DNA of 63,190 nucleotides, filler included, from Intoshia linei (lineage: Eukaryota > Animalia > Orthonectida), in assembly GCA_001642005.1 (NCBI GenBank). It is 7 parts of 7 records of this genome, joined end to end, with 100 filler letters (N's around TTAATTAATTAA, not from the genome) between each part and the next. Parts side by side here need not be neighbours in the genome. Positions count along the whole stretch, not along the records: positions 10,086 to 40,189 come from LWCA01000378.1; positions 40,290 to 47,201 come from LWCA01001626.1; positions 47,302 to 50,890 come from LWCA01002065.1; 4 more parts are not named here. The stretch is one strand, 5' to 3'. Every line of letters starts with the position of its first letter. The stretch's first letter is position 1. This document shows positions 37,828 to 50,330 of the stretch, in pieces. The position numbers and the translations under genes were made by a program. The notes beneath the pieces are model-generated. The model had not been told where the DNA came from and ran no database searches. It saw only the letters and a program-made list of their open reading frames with translations.

Positions 37828-38389
37828 ATGAAAATTAACGATGTATATTTTTGCTTACTTTGTTTATTTTTTTAGTTACCTATTTATGATATCGAAAAAG
37901 TGAAAGAAAATGAATCTCTTACATACAAATTGCCTTTTTTAGACGGAAAAATTGGTTTTTTATTGGAAAATGTCGATAGAGCTAAAGTATACTTATTATT
38001 TTTCCAGAAATTTGACATTTTTTGTAGAATAGTACTTGGTCGGTTTTTACATCATGGAAATCAGATGTAGAGAAAAATTCGTACATTTCACGGATTACTG
38101 GTTAGATTCAATTATACATAAATATTTATAGAGATTACAGACACCTACTCAGCCAAAGGGGATGCATTGACTGCAGTATCTGGCGCAGGAGTTACCTTAT
38201 TCGCCTATTTAGCTACTAAACTGGGTTTTTTTTGAATTTTAACTTTACAATTTAATTTTAGTGTCCTCTTCCAAGCTTTTAAGATTAACACTTCCATTGT
38301 CTTGTGGTACTTTATTTTTTACCATGAATTACCCCAAATATACAAATACAAAATATAACCAATTTAAAGATTTTGTAACATTTAAATAA
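37828..38389 (+). CDS. APOO: MICOS subunit MIC26/MIC27 (ApoO family)
   Basis: MKIND|LPIY motif, TM1 AVSGAGVTLFAYLA, SSKLLRLTLPL, TM2 ending NYP; four small GT-AG introns; 3' end could include one more exon. Confidence 0.7.
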
Positions 38390-38426
38390 TTAAATATTTA
38401 ATAGTATATCAAATCATTTTACTACA

Positions 38427-39090
38427 TTATAAACATTCTTGACTTTTACGAACACATTTGCATATTTTACGAATATAGCTCGGATTGTCTGTTCTCCATT
38501 GCTTCTAAATATACCTTTTATAGGTAGGTAAAAATACATTTACGGCAGCGTCTATATTGGCTGGACTTGCATCATTGGGATCAGTTAACATTGAAATTAC
38601 ACTAATCATGATGGTTTCGACAGTATAGATAGGTAACCATCTTTCGGATGCTTGTTCATATCCATATTTATCCTCACCGGGGTCGTGAAGAATTGAAATG
38701 CATACTTCTCCATTTACATAAACTAAATTGTTGAATTAAAACTTAAATACGTAAACAAACTATTTGGATGCCAAATTTCACTTGTAAAATTAAGTGTAGG
38801 TGGTTTTTGAGGATAATCTTCTGGAAATCGTAGTCTAGCTTTAAAGAAACCACCTTCGCTATATTTTAGTTTACAAATTCATAAATAATGTTAATAATTT
38901 ATAAAAAATACTAAGGACTGTTTGGTGGTCCCATTACTACAAGATCCCACAGATAAATGTCATTTTCATCTGACAGACCAGCTGAAAAACCTGATACAGG
39001 ATTTTTTTGCAATTCTAAATAAATGTATAGTTTTGAATCAGCATTTATACCTGATAGTTGTCTTTGCAGAAGTAAAGCTGATTGAACCAT
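38427..39090 (-). CDS. UBE2G1: Ubiquitin-conjugating enzyme E2 G1
   Basis: [12 protein letters not shown]|[14 protein letters not shown]...GPPNSPY|[12 protein letters not shown]...WHPN|[31 protein letters not shown]...|KQWR...CVRKSQE; catalytic Cys and acidic loop present. Confidence 0.96.
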
Positions 39091-39853
39091 TAGATTCTTT
39101 AACTTTATTTTATTAACGATATTTCGATTAGATTGTAATAGAAGTTAGTGATTGCGTTGCTAAAATACACTTGTCTCTACATGGATTTATTTTGTTAACA
39201 ATTTATGATCTTGCTGATTTAAATTTGGTAATTGAATTTTAGCTGTTAGAATGTTACATTAAATTTATTGCTGTGTACGAAACTTTCTTTCAATCAATCT
39301 TCATATTTTTGGTCTCCATCGTCCTTGTAATGTTTTCATAGATTTAATGGATCTTGGATAATTTATCAAATATTCAATGAACATTGTTCATATATTTTCT
39401 CAAAACTAAGTATGTTTGTATTTGTAAGAGGATGTAATCCAGTCAAAACGGAAATTGCAAATTTTCTAATTCCAGTAAATTTTTAAAGTGAATATTTCAC
39501 TATTAGAAGGTTTTGAAGATATCAATGAATGAAGACTATTAGAAGATATCAATGATATTGATTATTACTGTACCTAATGAGTTAGCATATTAAGCATTGC
39601 ATGTAGACTGGTTCTATTTCATTTAAATTCATTTTACTTTTTCATGCTAGACTGTCTTTTGCATGGAATTCTCCATATCCAGTTGAAAACCACTGATGTA
39701 GGTCCCATGAAAATATAATTATAGCCATTTTTGATTCTAATAAACAAAGATATGGTTAAATTTCAATTTAACTGAAGTGACCAGAAAAATACGTCCATCA
39801 CTTTTAGTTTATTTGGAATAAATTTTAAGCCGAAAATTTTTATTCGTCATCAT

Positions 39854-40189
39854 TAGGGCAGTTTTTTATGGCAAAATGCCATTTTTTATATGATAATCAG
39901 CACGAAATTGCAAGCATCATGATATCAATATCATGTTTATTAATTAGCTAATTAACAATTTATAAAGTCAATAAATGGCATTAAATTCCATAAAGTTTTT
40001 TTTTAAATGCCATTAAGTCAACATTTTTTTTACTGGATATTCGACTTAAAAAAATAATATTTATGATATTAATGAACAATAAAATTGAACAAATACCACT
40101 TTATACAATTTATTAAGAAAAGCGAAATCTATCAAAAATAGTGTTGAACGGAGTTTCAGTTTGTTAAAAAAATTGCTAACTAAACAGAG
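39854..40189 (+). mobile_element. hAT remnant
   Basis: TAGGG-type end with repeated ATGGCA/TGCCAT motifs; peptide SVERSFSLLKKLLTKQR (hAT dimerisation motif) just before the linker. Confidence 0.55.
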
Positions 40190-40457
40190 NNNNNNNNNNN
40201 NNNNNNNNNNNNNNNNNNNNNNNNNNNNNNNNNTTAATTAATTAANNNNNNNNNNNNNNNNNNNNNNNNNNNNNNNNNNNNNNNNNNNNTATTTCATTTT
40301 CAATTCAAATAAATTTAATGAACTTTGCATCAATTGTTGTCTTTTTGTTGTTTAGTAACTTTAGTGCTAGAAATTTTTGTCGACTCTAATAATAATATTT
40401 ATTTTTTACACATTTTGGTACAACTCAGCATTTGGGTACCACTCAATAAATATTTAG

Positions 40458-40808
40458 GCTCAAGGTTGCCACCATAAATCACTATATACTCGAGAAATTT
40501 ATACTGAAATTCCTCATTGGATTGGAACAAAACCAGACATTATTTCGGGACAAATAAAAATTGCTAATAATAAAGAAAATATCAGAATTCGATATCAACA
40601 TTTTCTTGAACCTGTACCATGTGATTCAATTTTAATCAATAAAGTGAATGGAAAAATTGACAAAAAAAATTATTTAAAGGTTTCAATTTCTCAACCTCTA
40701 AAATCTGTTGCCTGTGGTCAATATTGTGTATTTTATCATTCAAATATTTGTCTTGGAAGCGCAAAAATTGTAAATGTTGTTTCATTACGTGAAAATTATA
40801 AATTTTGA
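40458..40808 (+). CDS. TRMU: Mitochondrial tRNA 2-thiouridylase (MnmA/MTU1), terminal exon
   Basis: AQGCHHKSLY...HWIG..P...IRYQH...VPC...QPLKSVACGQYCVFYHSNICLGSAKI; acceptor TTTAG before 40458; TGA 40806-40808. Confidence 0.88.
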   Translation, partial: AQGCHHKSLYTREIYTEIPHWIGTKPDIISGQIKIANNKENIRIRYQHFLEPVPCDSILINKVNGKIDKKNYLKVSISQPLKSVACGQYCVFYHSNICLGSAKIVNVVSLRENYKF

Positions 40809-41215
40809 GGAATTTGAAAAAGTTTGTATGTAAAACCCATTTTAATTTTAATAAAATTTAATAAATTTTATTTAATGTTGAATTGATTTATGACAGCTGA
40901 TTTGTTAAGTCAAGTATGCTGAGATGATTGGGAATGTCAAATTTAATAAAATGTATGCAACGGATACATTTTGAAATTATTTTAACACCACTTGGCTGAC
41001 AGAGAACTCAAATGACGACTATAAAACATTTTGAATTTCAAGTGTCTGGAACGAAATTTTAAAAATAGAACAAATGGTATTGTATTTTGAGTGTAATTAG
41101 CCTAGTAAAAGTTTCATTTCCTGTTAATTAGAATTGGATTGGGTGTGAAACTATCGATTTTTTGCCAATTTGTTCTAATCACCAATTAGACTAAAGTAAT
41201 GTATAATAGTTTAAT

Positions 41216-42450
41216 TTATACGGTTTGATTAGGATGATATTTTCTGAAATGTTTTTTGAGATCAAAATTTCTACAAAATCCCTTGTCGCAGAGTTTGCAC
41301 ATGAAAGGTTTTATTTTTCTGTGTGTGTAACGATGAAAGTTTAGATTATAAATTTGATGAAATTCTTTACTGCACACTTCGCATCTAAATTTTTTGTTTG
41401 TAGAATGAGTTAATTTGTGGTTTTTGTAGTTTCCCTTTTGATGAAAATCTAAATAAAATGAGATTGGAAAAGTCGATAAATTATGAATACCTTTTCCGCA
41501 TATTTCGCATACATATGGTTTTATGCCGTCATGAATTCTTTGGTGTGTGTTTAACGTTGAACTTCTGTTAAAGGCTTTTCCGCACGTTTTGCATTCGTGT
41601 GGCTTATCCGAAGTGTGGATAATTTTATGACGACAAAGTGTACTAGCCTGTCGAAACCCTTTTCCACAAATTTTACACAAAAACGGTCTTTCTCCAGTAT
41701 GAACTGGCAGATGTCGTGTCAAATTATAATGAGCGTTGAATATTTTTCCACAACATGGACAAGTATATTTTTCTTTTTTTAAATCACTTGTTTTTATCAT
41801 GTTTGATAAATATTTAAACTTTCCATCAATGATTCTGTTAATTGAATGCAGGCTTTTAAAATCTAAATTTTTAAGTTTACAAAAAAAAATTTTCGCATTA
41901 TTCATATTTTTTTAAATATTTAAAAAGATACTTACTGGCTTGAGAATTTTTCATTGGACACGCTTTAGTGTATAAATCTTTGTTTTTTAGATTACAGAAT
42001 GCGTTGATGAGATTCATCATGTAATTGTGTTGTGTATATTTTGACGTGTAATAGGACTTTGTCATTTGATTTTGATGTTGCCAGCTAGTTTGATTTGTAT
42101 AATTTTCATTACATTTTACTAATTTGGATTGGGCGTTGGATAACAGTGTAGCGTAAATATCGTTTGAATTAAACATGGCCCTACTTTTCGGTTCTTGATT
42201 AAATACGTTTTCTAAATTTTTTAAGTAAAAAAACTAAAATTTGATAAAGTGTACCTAAATTTATTTGATGAAAATTTGACCTAGGTAAACCGTCAAAAGG
42301 TGATTGGTGAAGGTTGAAATTTGATGTATATGGAATGTTTAAATTTAATATGTTGTTAATACTGAAATTGGTGTGCTGTCTATGAATACTCTTTTTATTT
42401 GAAGCAAATTGGACGGGAGGGTTGATATTATAAGTGTATGGATTGTACAT
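41216..42450 (-). CDS. FEZF: Fez/Fezf (earmuff) six-C2H2 zinc-finger repressor, 4 exons
   Basis: Engrailed-homology motif FSINNIL in exon 1; diagnostic fingers [65 protein letters not shown]; three phase-1 GT-AG introns join the listed ORFs. Confidence 0.95.
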
Positions 42451-45304
42451 TCTAACGATATGCGTAATCTTTATGAATAATTTGCGTTAGTTTTGAAATT
42501 TTCACATTTGAAAATGTAAATACTAATGTTTAGCTTTTAACTGTTTTGTCGAATTTTTTACTTTTAATTATTGGCTTTTTATAAATTGTTTCTTGTTTTC
42601 CTGAATAATGTGTGGTTGAATTGATTAAAATTTATTACAAGGTCGAGTGTATTCGATAATGCACTATTTGTTAATTTTCCGTTTCATTCACTAAATTTGT
42701 TTTGCATTTTTTCATTCAAAAACTAACTCTTAGAGGGAGTGGTTTTGTACTACACTGATTTTAAATACTTTTTAGTGTAATGTACAAGTTTGCAATAACA
42801 TTAATAATGTTTTCTTTACATTTTATTATGATTTAGCGAAATGGAAGCAATTATTAATTAGACAATAACACATTATGGGGCATTTGTTAAAAAACCAACA
42901 TTAACTTTTTCTTAAGTTTTTTAATTGTCGTATTTTTTCATAACCAATAATATCGCTGTATTGATATATTTTGGAAATTTCAAATTTGCTATTTTATTTT
43001 TAGTACAATTCATTCTTAAATGTTTAAATTCAATCAACAAATGTTATAATTGTAAGAATTGTCAATTTTTTTTGTTTTATTTATTTTTCTTCTTTTTATC
43101 TTTATGGGTATTTTTAAAAACTTGCAAATTATTTTTAAACAAAAATATACTAATTATAAAATCAAATTAATTTATATTTATTTTTTTAATCACAATTTGA
43201 TTTAAAAATATTTTGTGTAGTCAAATGTTTGCTTTTATTTGCATATTGCAATCTTGATATGAATCTCAGTATATATTAAAAAATTATTTGCACATTATTT
43301 GAATGTTTATAAATAGTGTTTTAAATTTTAAATATTAGTATATAGGTATATTTTCAGATAAATGTAAATTATAAAACTGATATTACAATTTTTATGATCA
43401 TTCTAAATATGTTAAAAACTTTACACCTGACTTTGTGAGTTACGAGTTTGACTTTTTCATTTTTAATACAATATATTTTAGTATGAACATTGTTCACTGT
43501 GTGCAATACACATGGTGCATCCGTGGTATATAATTTTGCAGTCAGGTCGTTAGAACCAGCAGTAGGCCCGACCAGATGGAAATTGTAAGCCCCATAAATG
43601 AATATAAAAAATGGCACCTCTATACATATCGATCAGTCATTATCTAAAAATTTAAAATAACCGTTGGAAAACGCATTGGTTATCGAAATTTTGGTATACA
43701 TTATTATTTATTATTAATTAAATATACATTTTGCAATTTTAATTAAAAATACCTATATTTCTTTAATTTTTAATTTTTTTATTATAGTTTTTACTTTTTT
43801 AAAATTGTTAAATATTTGTTTATGATCATAAACTAGATATGATATAAGAATATGTCTTAAATCTTGAACCAGTAGTGTTTAAATTAATTACAATTGGGGT
43901 GCCTAAGACTTATGTCGGGCACTGTATAATATACAGTGTATATTCATAAATTAAAAAAGTAGGCCTTCATGATTGTAGGACTGGCCATATTGCCCTAGCT
44001 TCTTTCCACGGCCCTGATTAACTTGCATTGCCATTTGCAATTTATAATAGTTTGATAGAAATAGCAGCAAATGTAAAAATTTTGAAAAAATCAATGTAAA
44101 GGGGTGGAATATTAAAATGGAAGGAAATATGACAGTTTATAGGATTACATTTCAAATAATAAAGCAAGCAATGGTTCTTTTCGTTAATTTAAAAAACTTT
44201 AAATCAGTGTTTGTTAATGTTTTATACACTTGAGCGTACTAGGATGGCGTGCAAAAAGTTAGGCGCAAGAAAGCAATAAAAGTGAAATTGTGATAAAAGA
44301 TTTAAAAAAAATTGAAAAACTGCAAAATCATAATGTATAACGCAAAAAATATGTAATCGTTTCTGAAATAAAAGTAAAAAACGATAATGTTATAAACAGG
44401 AGAACACATTGGATATAATTTATGTTTCTATTTATTTATCATAATTTTTATAACCTCTAAAAACTTATTGAAAATGGATAACTAAATGTTTATTTTTTTA
44501 ACCTTTTGTGGGTAAAATTGGAAAAATATTCCATACTGAAATTCACAAATATCGTACAACAATCGGTGCAGCCTAAAGTGTTACATTTTCCATAGAAATT
44601 TCATATTGTGTTTCATTCATTGAATTGTAATATGACTGTTACACAAGGAAATTTACGAATCTCAGACTAAAAAGAGTGCAGTCCAAGGGACTACAATTTC
44701 TTTGCCTTATGTACAATGTACATTATAATAATTCTACTATAATAGTACATACCGACCATGGGAGGGGTTAGGGGCAGAGCCGTATTAAGCCACTTCATGG
44801 CTCTGGGCTAAGTAAAGGGCTGAAGCCCCTTTATAGTTTTGAGCGCAGCGAGAAAAAAATTTTAGGGCCCCTTTTTAGAAGACAGAGCATACTGTTGGGT
44901 GGAGACTTAGAGTCCTATTTCATTGAGTATTAATGCAAGCATTAAATAATATTATGTATGAATCTAGTAACTTTTTTTTCTTTTACAAAAACCTACTTAA
45001 TAAATGAACAAAGTTTATTTTTTCATTTGAAAATATGCACCAATTTTTTGTAATTATAATTCACAAATGTTGTTTTTTCACTTTTTTCTGAGAGAAATCA
45101 GATATGACATTATCAAAACTGATATCATTCAAAATATCATTCTCAATTGACATTAAGGAGAGCGCATTACAACGAGGTTGAGCAGCTCAAGCAATTGCGA
45201 AGTTCATTTTTAATTATTTTTAGTTTAGAAAAAGTTCTTTCATTTTTACAATTTACAACCATCATTGAAAGAAACATTCTCATTTTCTGATTTAGTGCCT
45301 AGTC

Positions 45305-45610
45305 CAGGGATGAACAACTTTTTGTGATAGCGGCCGGATTTTTTTTTCAAATAGTTGGGTGGTTAAAATTTAATTTTATAATTAAAAATTTAAATAGTTA
45401 AAAAAAAATTAAGAATTTTAAGAATTTTTTTTTGTTTGAGTATATTTTTGTATATTTATTTTAAATTTTTATCAATGATATGATTAATGCTATTTAATAT
45501 TTAAAATTGAAATCTTGTCTATATCCAATTCTATAGATGTTGATGATAGTAGTATAACATCATTTAAGTGTGCATCGGTGAGATCAGTTGTTAAATTATT
45601 TGGTATATTA
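45305..45610 (-). mobile_element. hAT Charlie-like transposase 3' remnant
   Basis: Minus peptide DLTDAHLNDVILLSSTSIELDIDK; terminal CAGGGATGAACAAC. Confidence 0.6.
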
Positions 45611-45812
45611 CCTTTTTGAGAATAATGATTATAATTGTTTGCAATAATTTAAAAAAAAAGGGTAATATGGTATTTTATCATGAAAATGCACTTTTTTTGG
45701 GTTGCCATTTATGATAATTTTTATGATTTTAAAAATTATTCCAAAATTTAAGTTTTATAAAATTTTAAGACATATTTTATTTTTAAAACAAAGGGTATAT
45801 TATGGTTTTGAC

Positions 45813-46050
45813 CAGTGGCGGATCTAGGATTTACATCCAGAGGGCGAACTAATTATTAAGGGCTAAACTCAAATAATTTATTTCAATTTCAATATTATGT
45901 TTAATAATATTAATACATTTCTCCTATAATAATATATATTTTTTTCTAGTTTTCATTCTACACATTTTTTCAACAACTGTATCAAAATAGATATTTTCGG
46001 CAAGTTCTCTTTCGAATATCAACAATGTTAAGTCCAATAATTTAACTTAA
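45813..46050 (-). mobile_element. hAT Tip100/Zaphod-like 3' remnant
   Basis: Minus peptide LTLLIFERELAENIYFDTVVEKMCRMKTRK; terminal CAGTGGCGGATCTAG. Confidence 0.55.
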
Positions 46051-46718
46051 ACTGCTGTTAAACTCCGATAACAAATTAATATACATAAAACAAAAATAAT
46101 GATAACAATCATAATTCAATAAACACAATTTGATGGGTTCTAAAAATATTTTTAATTATACACAATGTCAAAATACAAATCAAAATATTCTATTATTATA
46201 TTTAAAAGTTTTCTTAACTAGAGAGTTAATCATATGATTATAATAATTTTTTATATATTCATTTCATGACTATATATTTTTTATTAATTAAACCACAATA
46301 TTAATATTAAGATACAAACAAGTGTTGAATTATACTACATCAAATAAAAAAGTTGAAACATATTTATAATTGAAAAATAATGATTAAATTACTGTTTAAA
46401 TAATATACATGGTTGTATGTAAAAAATGGCGTATTAAAGAAATTTACACCATGGTATAAAAAATTAAAATTCTATACGTAGAAATGTACGAGATGAAAAG
46501 TTAAGTTTAATTATAATTTACTATAATTTAATTATAAATTATAAGATATTTATAACATACATACAGAGTTTGTCATGAATATAAATTTTGTTTTTATAAA
46601 TATAAAACTTTTTTAAAAAATACTGAAGTACATTATTTTGAACAATACTTTTTCATGTTGCAATGATTCATAAAAGAAAGTTTAAGTTTATTTGATAAAG
46701 TTAATTGTTATCGGTATT

Positions 46719-47201
46719 ATGCATGAAAATATTAGAAAAATTAGAAAAGTGGTAGATAAAAATACATTTGAAACAATTAAAAGACTATATAAAACGAAAA
46801 ATACTAACGAACTATCAGAACTCACCAATCTATCAAAAGACTGCATTCGAAAAACGATTGTTAAAATAGAAGATAATTCTGCCAATTGTTCATACAGTGA
46901 CATATACATGTACATGTACATTTTAAAATTATATAAATTTAAATATTATTAATAGGAAAAAGAGAAGAAAAGAAAAAGATAATGTTGTTACGGAAAACGA
47001 ATTAAGATCTATAATTAATGATGATAACTCGTTAACCTTAATTGGTATACAGGAAAAGTTTTGTGAAATTGATACCAACATTTCGATATCAACCATTTCT
47101 TGATTAATTAAAAAAATTAATTACTCTAGAAAAAAAATAAAAAAACAGGCTTCAGTCGTCAATACTGAGAGGATCCATGATGCAAGAAGGTCATATTGTG
47201 A
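46719..47201 (+). pseudogene. IS630/Tc1-like transposase N-terminal (HTH) fragment, truncated by linker
   Basis: ELSELTNLSKDCIRKTI HTH, then IINDDNSLTLIGIQEK...ISISTIS*LIKKINYSRKK; one in-frame TGA. Confidence 0.65.
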
Positions 47202-48165
47202 NNNNNNNNNNNNNNNNNNNNNNNNNNNNNNNNNNNNNNNNNNNNTTAATTAATTAANNNNNNNNNNNNNNNNNNNNNNNNNNNNNNNNNNNNNNNNNNN
47301 NCATTATTTCAATTTTCCACCAAATAATTATTTTAATTATAATTTAAATCAATTATTATAAATTAACGATAATTCGATAAACGAAATTTAGATTAGCGGT
47401 TATTTCAAATGTAGATTGATTAAACACTTAAATTAAGTGTATATAAAATACGTACAACAATTCATTATTAACAATTCATTCGATTAATTTATTTAGAGTA
47501 AATTTTTAACTCTAAAAGACATAACTATGATTTCAAATTTTGTGTTTTTGCTGTCCAAATTAAATTAGTCTATCCAGATTTACGGTTTTTAGACTGACAA
47601 ATACTGATACTAAGAAATTTCAATGATTATTTTCATTTTCACTAACATTTTTGTAGATACAACTTACTTTTTATTTCGGCTTATCAGTCTTTTTTATAAA
47701 CCAAAAAGATTGACCACCCATACTTAATAAGTAATTACGTGACATATTTTAAAACTGTTAACATTCCATTTAGTCAATAAATATTTTTTTTTATTTTTTT
47801 CAGATTTATTCTTAAAAAATCACGATAAGTAATGAATTTATAAGAAATTTACTATAGAAGGGATGAATTTTGACTATAACTCGTTCATTATCATCGAAAT
47901 TCATTATTTACGGTATTCATTATTGACGAGTTAGACTGTATAGTTATTTATGTTACCTGTTTCAATTATATTTTAAATTTAAATTTTAAATGCTAAAGTT
48001 AAGCCTTAACAGAATCTGTTAATCAGATAATTTCTTGAAACCAAATTTAATAATGGTAATTTTTAATGTCAAAAATATGAATGTTTACAAACATAAATAA
48101 ACAAAGTGAAGCAAAAAGTACATCTTTGAGTTATTTAATTTATAGTAATGCAATAACATTGCTAA

Positions 48166-48621
48166 CTATTTTTTGTCTACTTTTTTATTATTTTTGTGTG
48201 TAAAATTACTGATTTCATCGATATCAACAAGTAAATATCCGCTTTCAATCATGAAAAGTTTAATATACATTTTTGGGTTACTATATTTCAAGTTAATGTC
48301 CTGTAAGGGAGCGTATACTGGAAATAGTTGATCTTCTAAAAGTATGTTGAACGCTGAGTTTGTTGATTCAGGTTGATGTGATATTTTTATAGTCACATGG
48401 GCAAACCTGGAAGATTCATTTTTTCCCACCTAAATTGTGAATTGAATAAAAAGTTATAATTCAACCAATCGATCGATTAAAAGTGAATTAATCAGACATG
48501 ATTTATGATAAATTACCTCAACTTTTTTATCCAAATTCAATATAGAGACAAGAGGTACTGATTTGATTAATGGAAAAATTATAAATATAAAATATGTTAA
48601 GGTGTAAGGATTTACTGACAT
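48166..48621 (-). CDS. Small putative secreted protein, 122 aa, 2 exons, no recognised family
   Basis: Exon 1 48621-48517 MSVNPYTLTYFIFIIFPLIKSVPLVSILNLDKKVE|GTAAT...TTTAG|exon 2 48429-48166 VGKNESSRF...; phase-0 splice joins both in frame. Confidence 0.6.
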
Positions 48622-48876
48622 TTTGATTACCCTTACGTTTAAATAGTAAAACTAGATTAATCTACTAGTTGCCCTATTTTGACTGATTCTTAAAAGTTAG
48701 TAGTAGTTTTATTAAAAAATTGCTACGATATGCAAATACAAGATCGAACAATAGTTAAATTTTAATCACTCAGGTATAAACTTTATGCTTTTGAAAGTAT
48801 ATGTAACATGTGTATTTTTTAGCTTTGTTATTCGGTGTACTTTTTTCATTGACTGAATTTTTGAATATAATTTGAA

Positions 48877-50330
48877 CAGTCATACCTGTTCAATATGAAT
48901 CCTGTCCAATATGAATACAGCTTAATTTGAACAAACTTAATAAATATTGATTTTTTGGTATAAAAACATTATGAAAAGTGATTTGTTTTATATGAATCTT
49001 TTCATTTTGTACACCGAACATGATTTTATTTAAAATAAAATTGTTTTTATTTCATTTTGAGCGTTATTTTAATATTTTACTGTCACACTTATACTGATTT
49101 TATTATATTTTTATTTTTTTAATATAAACATTAAAAATAAAAATAACAAGCGAAAAAGAAAAGATTTATCTCTAAATGACAAGAAAATTATTAGAATCAT
49201 TTAAAGACGATGCCAATTGTTCTCAGAGATTTTTAGCTGCCAAACATGATATATCTGTAGGAACCGTACACAATAATTTAAAACATAAGGACTCAATAGT
49301 AAACGTCAATCAAAAACGTAAACCTCGTTTAAGGTCGGGAAATCTAGTAGATGATATTCTGGACGAGTGGTTTCAAATTCAATGAACACGAAATAGTTAG
49401 TGGAGAAATTTTACAACAAAAGCGTTACAAATTTCAAAGTTTTTTTATAAATCAAAATTTTAAAGCATCGAACGGCTGACCAGCTTCATTTATAAAACGA
49501 CATAATATATCGTCCAACAAAATTATTGGCGATTCCAAAACTGTAAATCAAAATACAATGTTAAATTTCAATGAATCATATTTAGCGAAATTAAAAGTAT
49601 ATGGCCGTAAAAATATATTCAATTGTGATGAAACGGGCCTTTTTTATAAGTGCTATTTCACTCGAACGTACACAATATGAAAGGCCGATAAGGTCAGTGG
49701 AAAATTTGCCAAAAATAGAATTACACTTTTATTTGCAGTTAATTTGTTAGGGGAAAAATTGAAACCACTCATAATAGGAAAATCGAAAAACCCGAGATGT
49801 TTAAAAAAATTTGATAGATAAAAGTTGCCCGTATCTTATTATGCAAACCAAAAATCTTGGATGACAGCATATCTTTCAAGAATAGTTACATAATATTAAT
49901 GATATGATGATGATAGAAGATAGGAAAATTTTACTTTTATTGGACAATGCTCCTGTTCATCCTAAGGATATATTGTTGAATTATTTTACTTTCCACCAAA
50001 TACGACCTCATTACAGCAGCTTTTGTAGTCCAAAGTTTGAACTCAAGAATTATAAAAAATTTTAAGGATAAATACAAATACTGTTAGCGAAATCTATGAA
50101 TTTCTAATTAGAGAAAACCAGTCAAGAGGAATGGTGTCAACAAATTAATACATTCATCAATAGCTTGGATTGCGAAAGCCTGGATAAGTGTCAAAAGTAA
50201 AACTCTAATAATTGATTTGAAAAATCTTTTGAAAATGCAAAGGTTAAATTTTATACACGCCAAAATGAGTGTTATGAAGTAGGGTGGATATTTCACAGCA
50301 AACAAAAATGGTAGTTCACATATCATGACC
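48877..50330 (+). mobile_element. pogo/Tigger (CENP-B HTH + DDE_1) transposon, pseudogenised
   Basis: SQRFLAAKHDISVGTV, DDILDEWF, FKASNG, IFNCDETGLFYK, RITLLFAVNLLGEKLKPLIIGKSKNPRCLK, YYANQKSWMT, LLLLDNAPVHP, PPNTTS; stops and frameshifts; left end CAGTCATACCTGTTCAATATGAA; right limit approximate. Confidence 0.92.
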
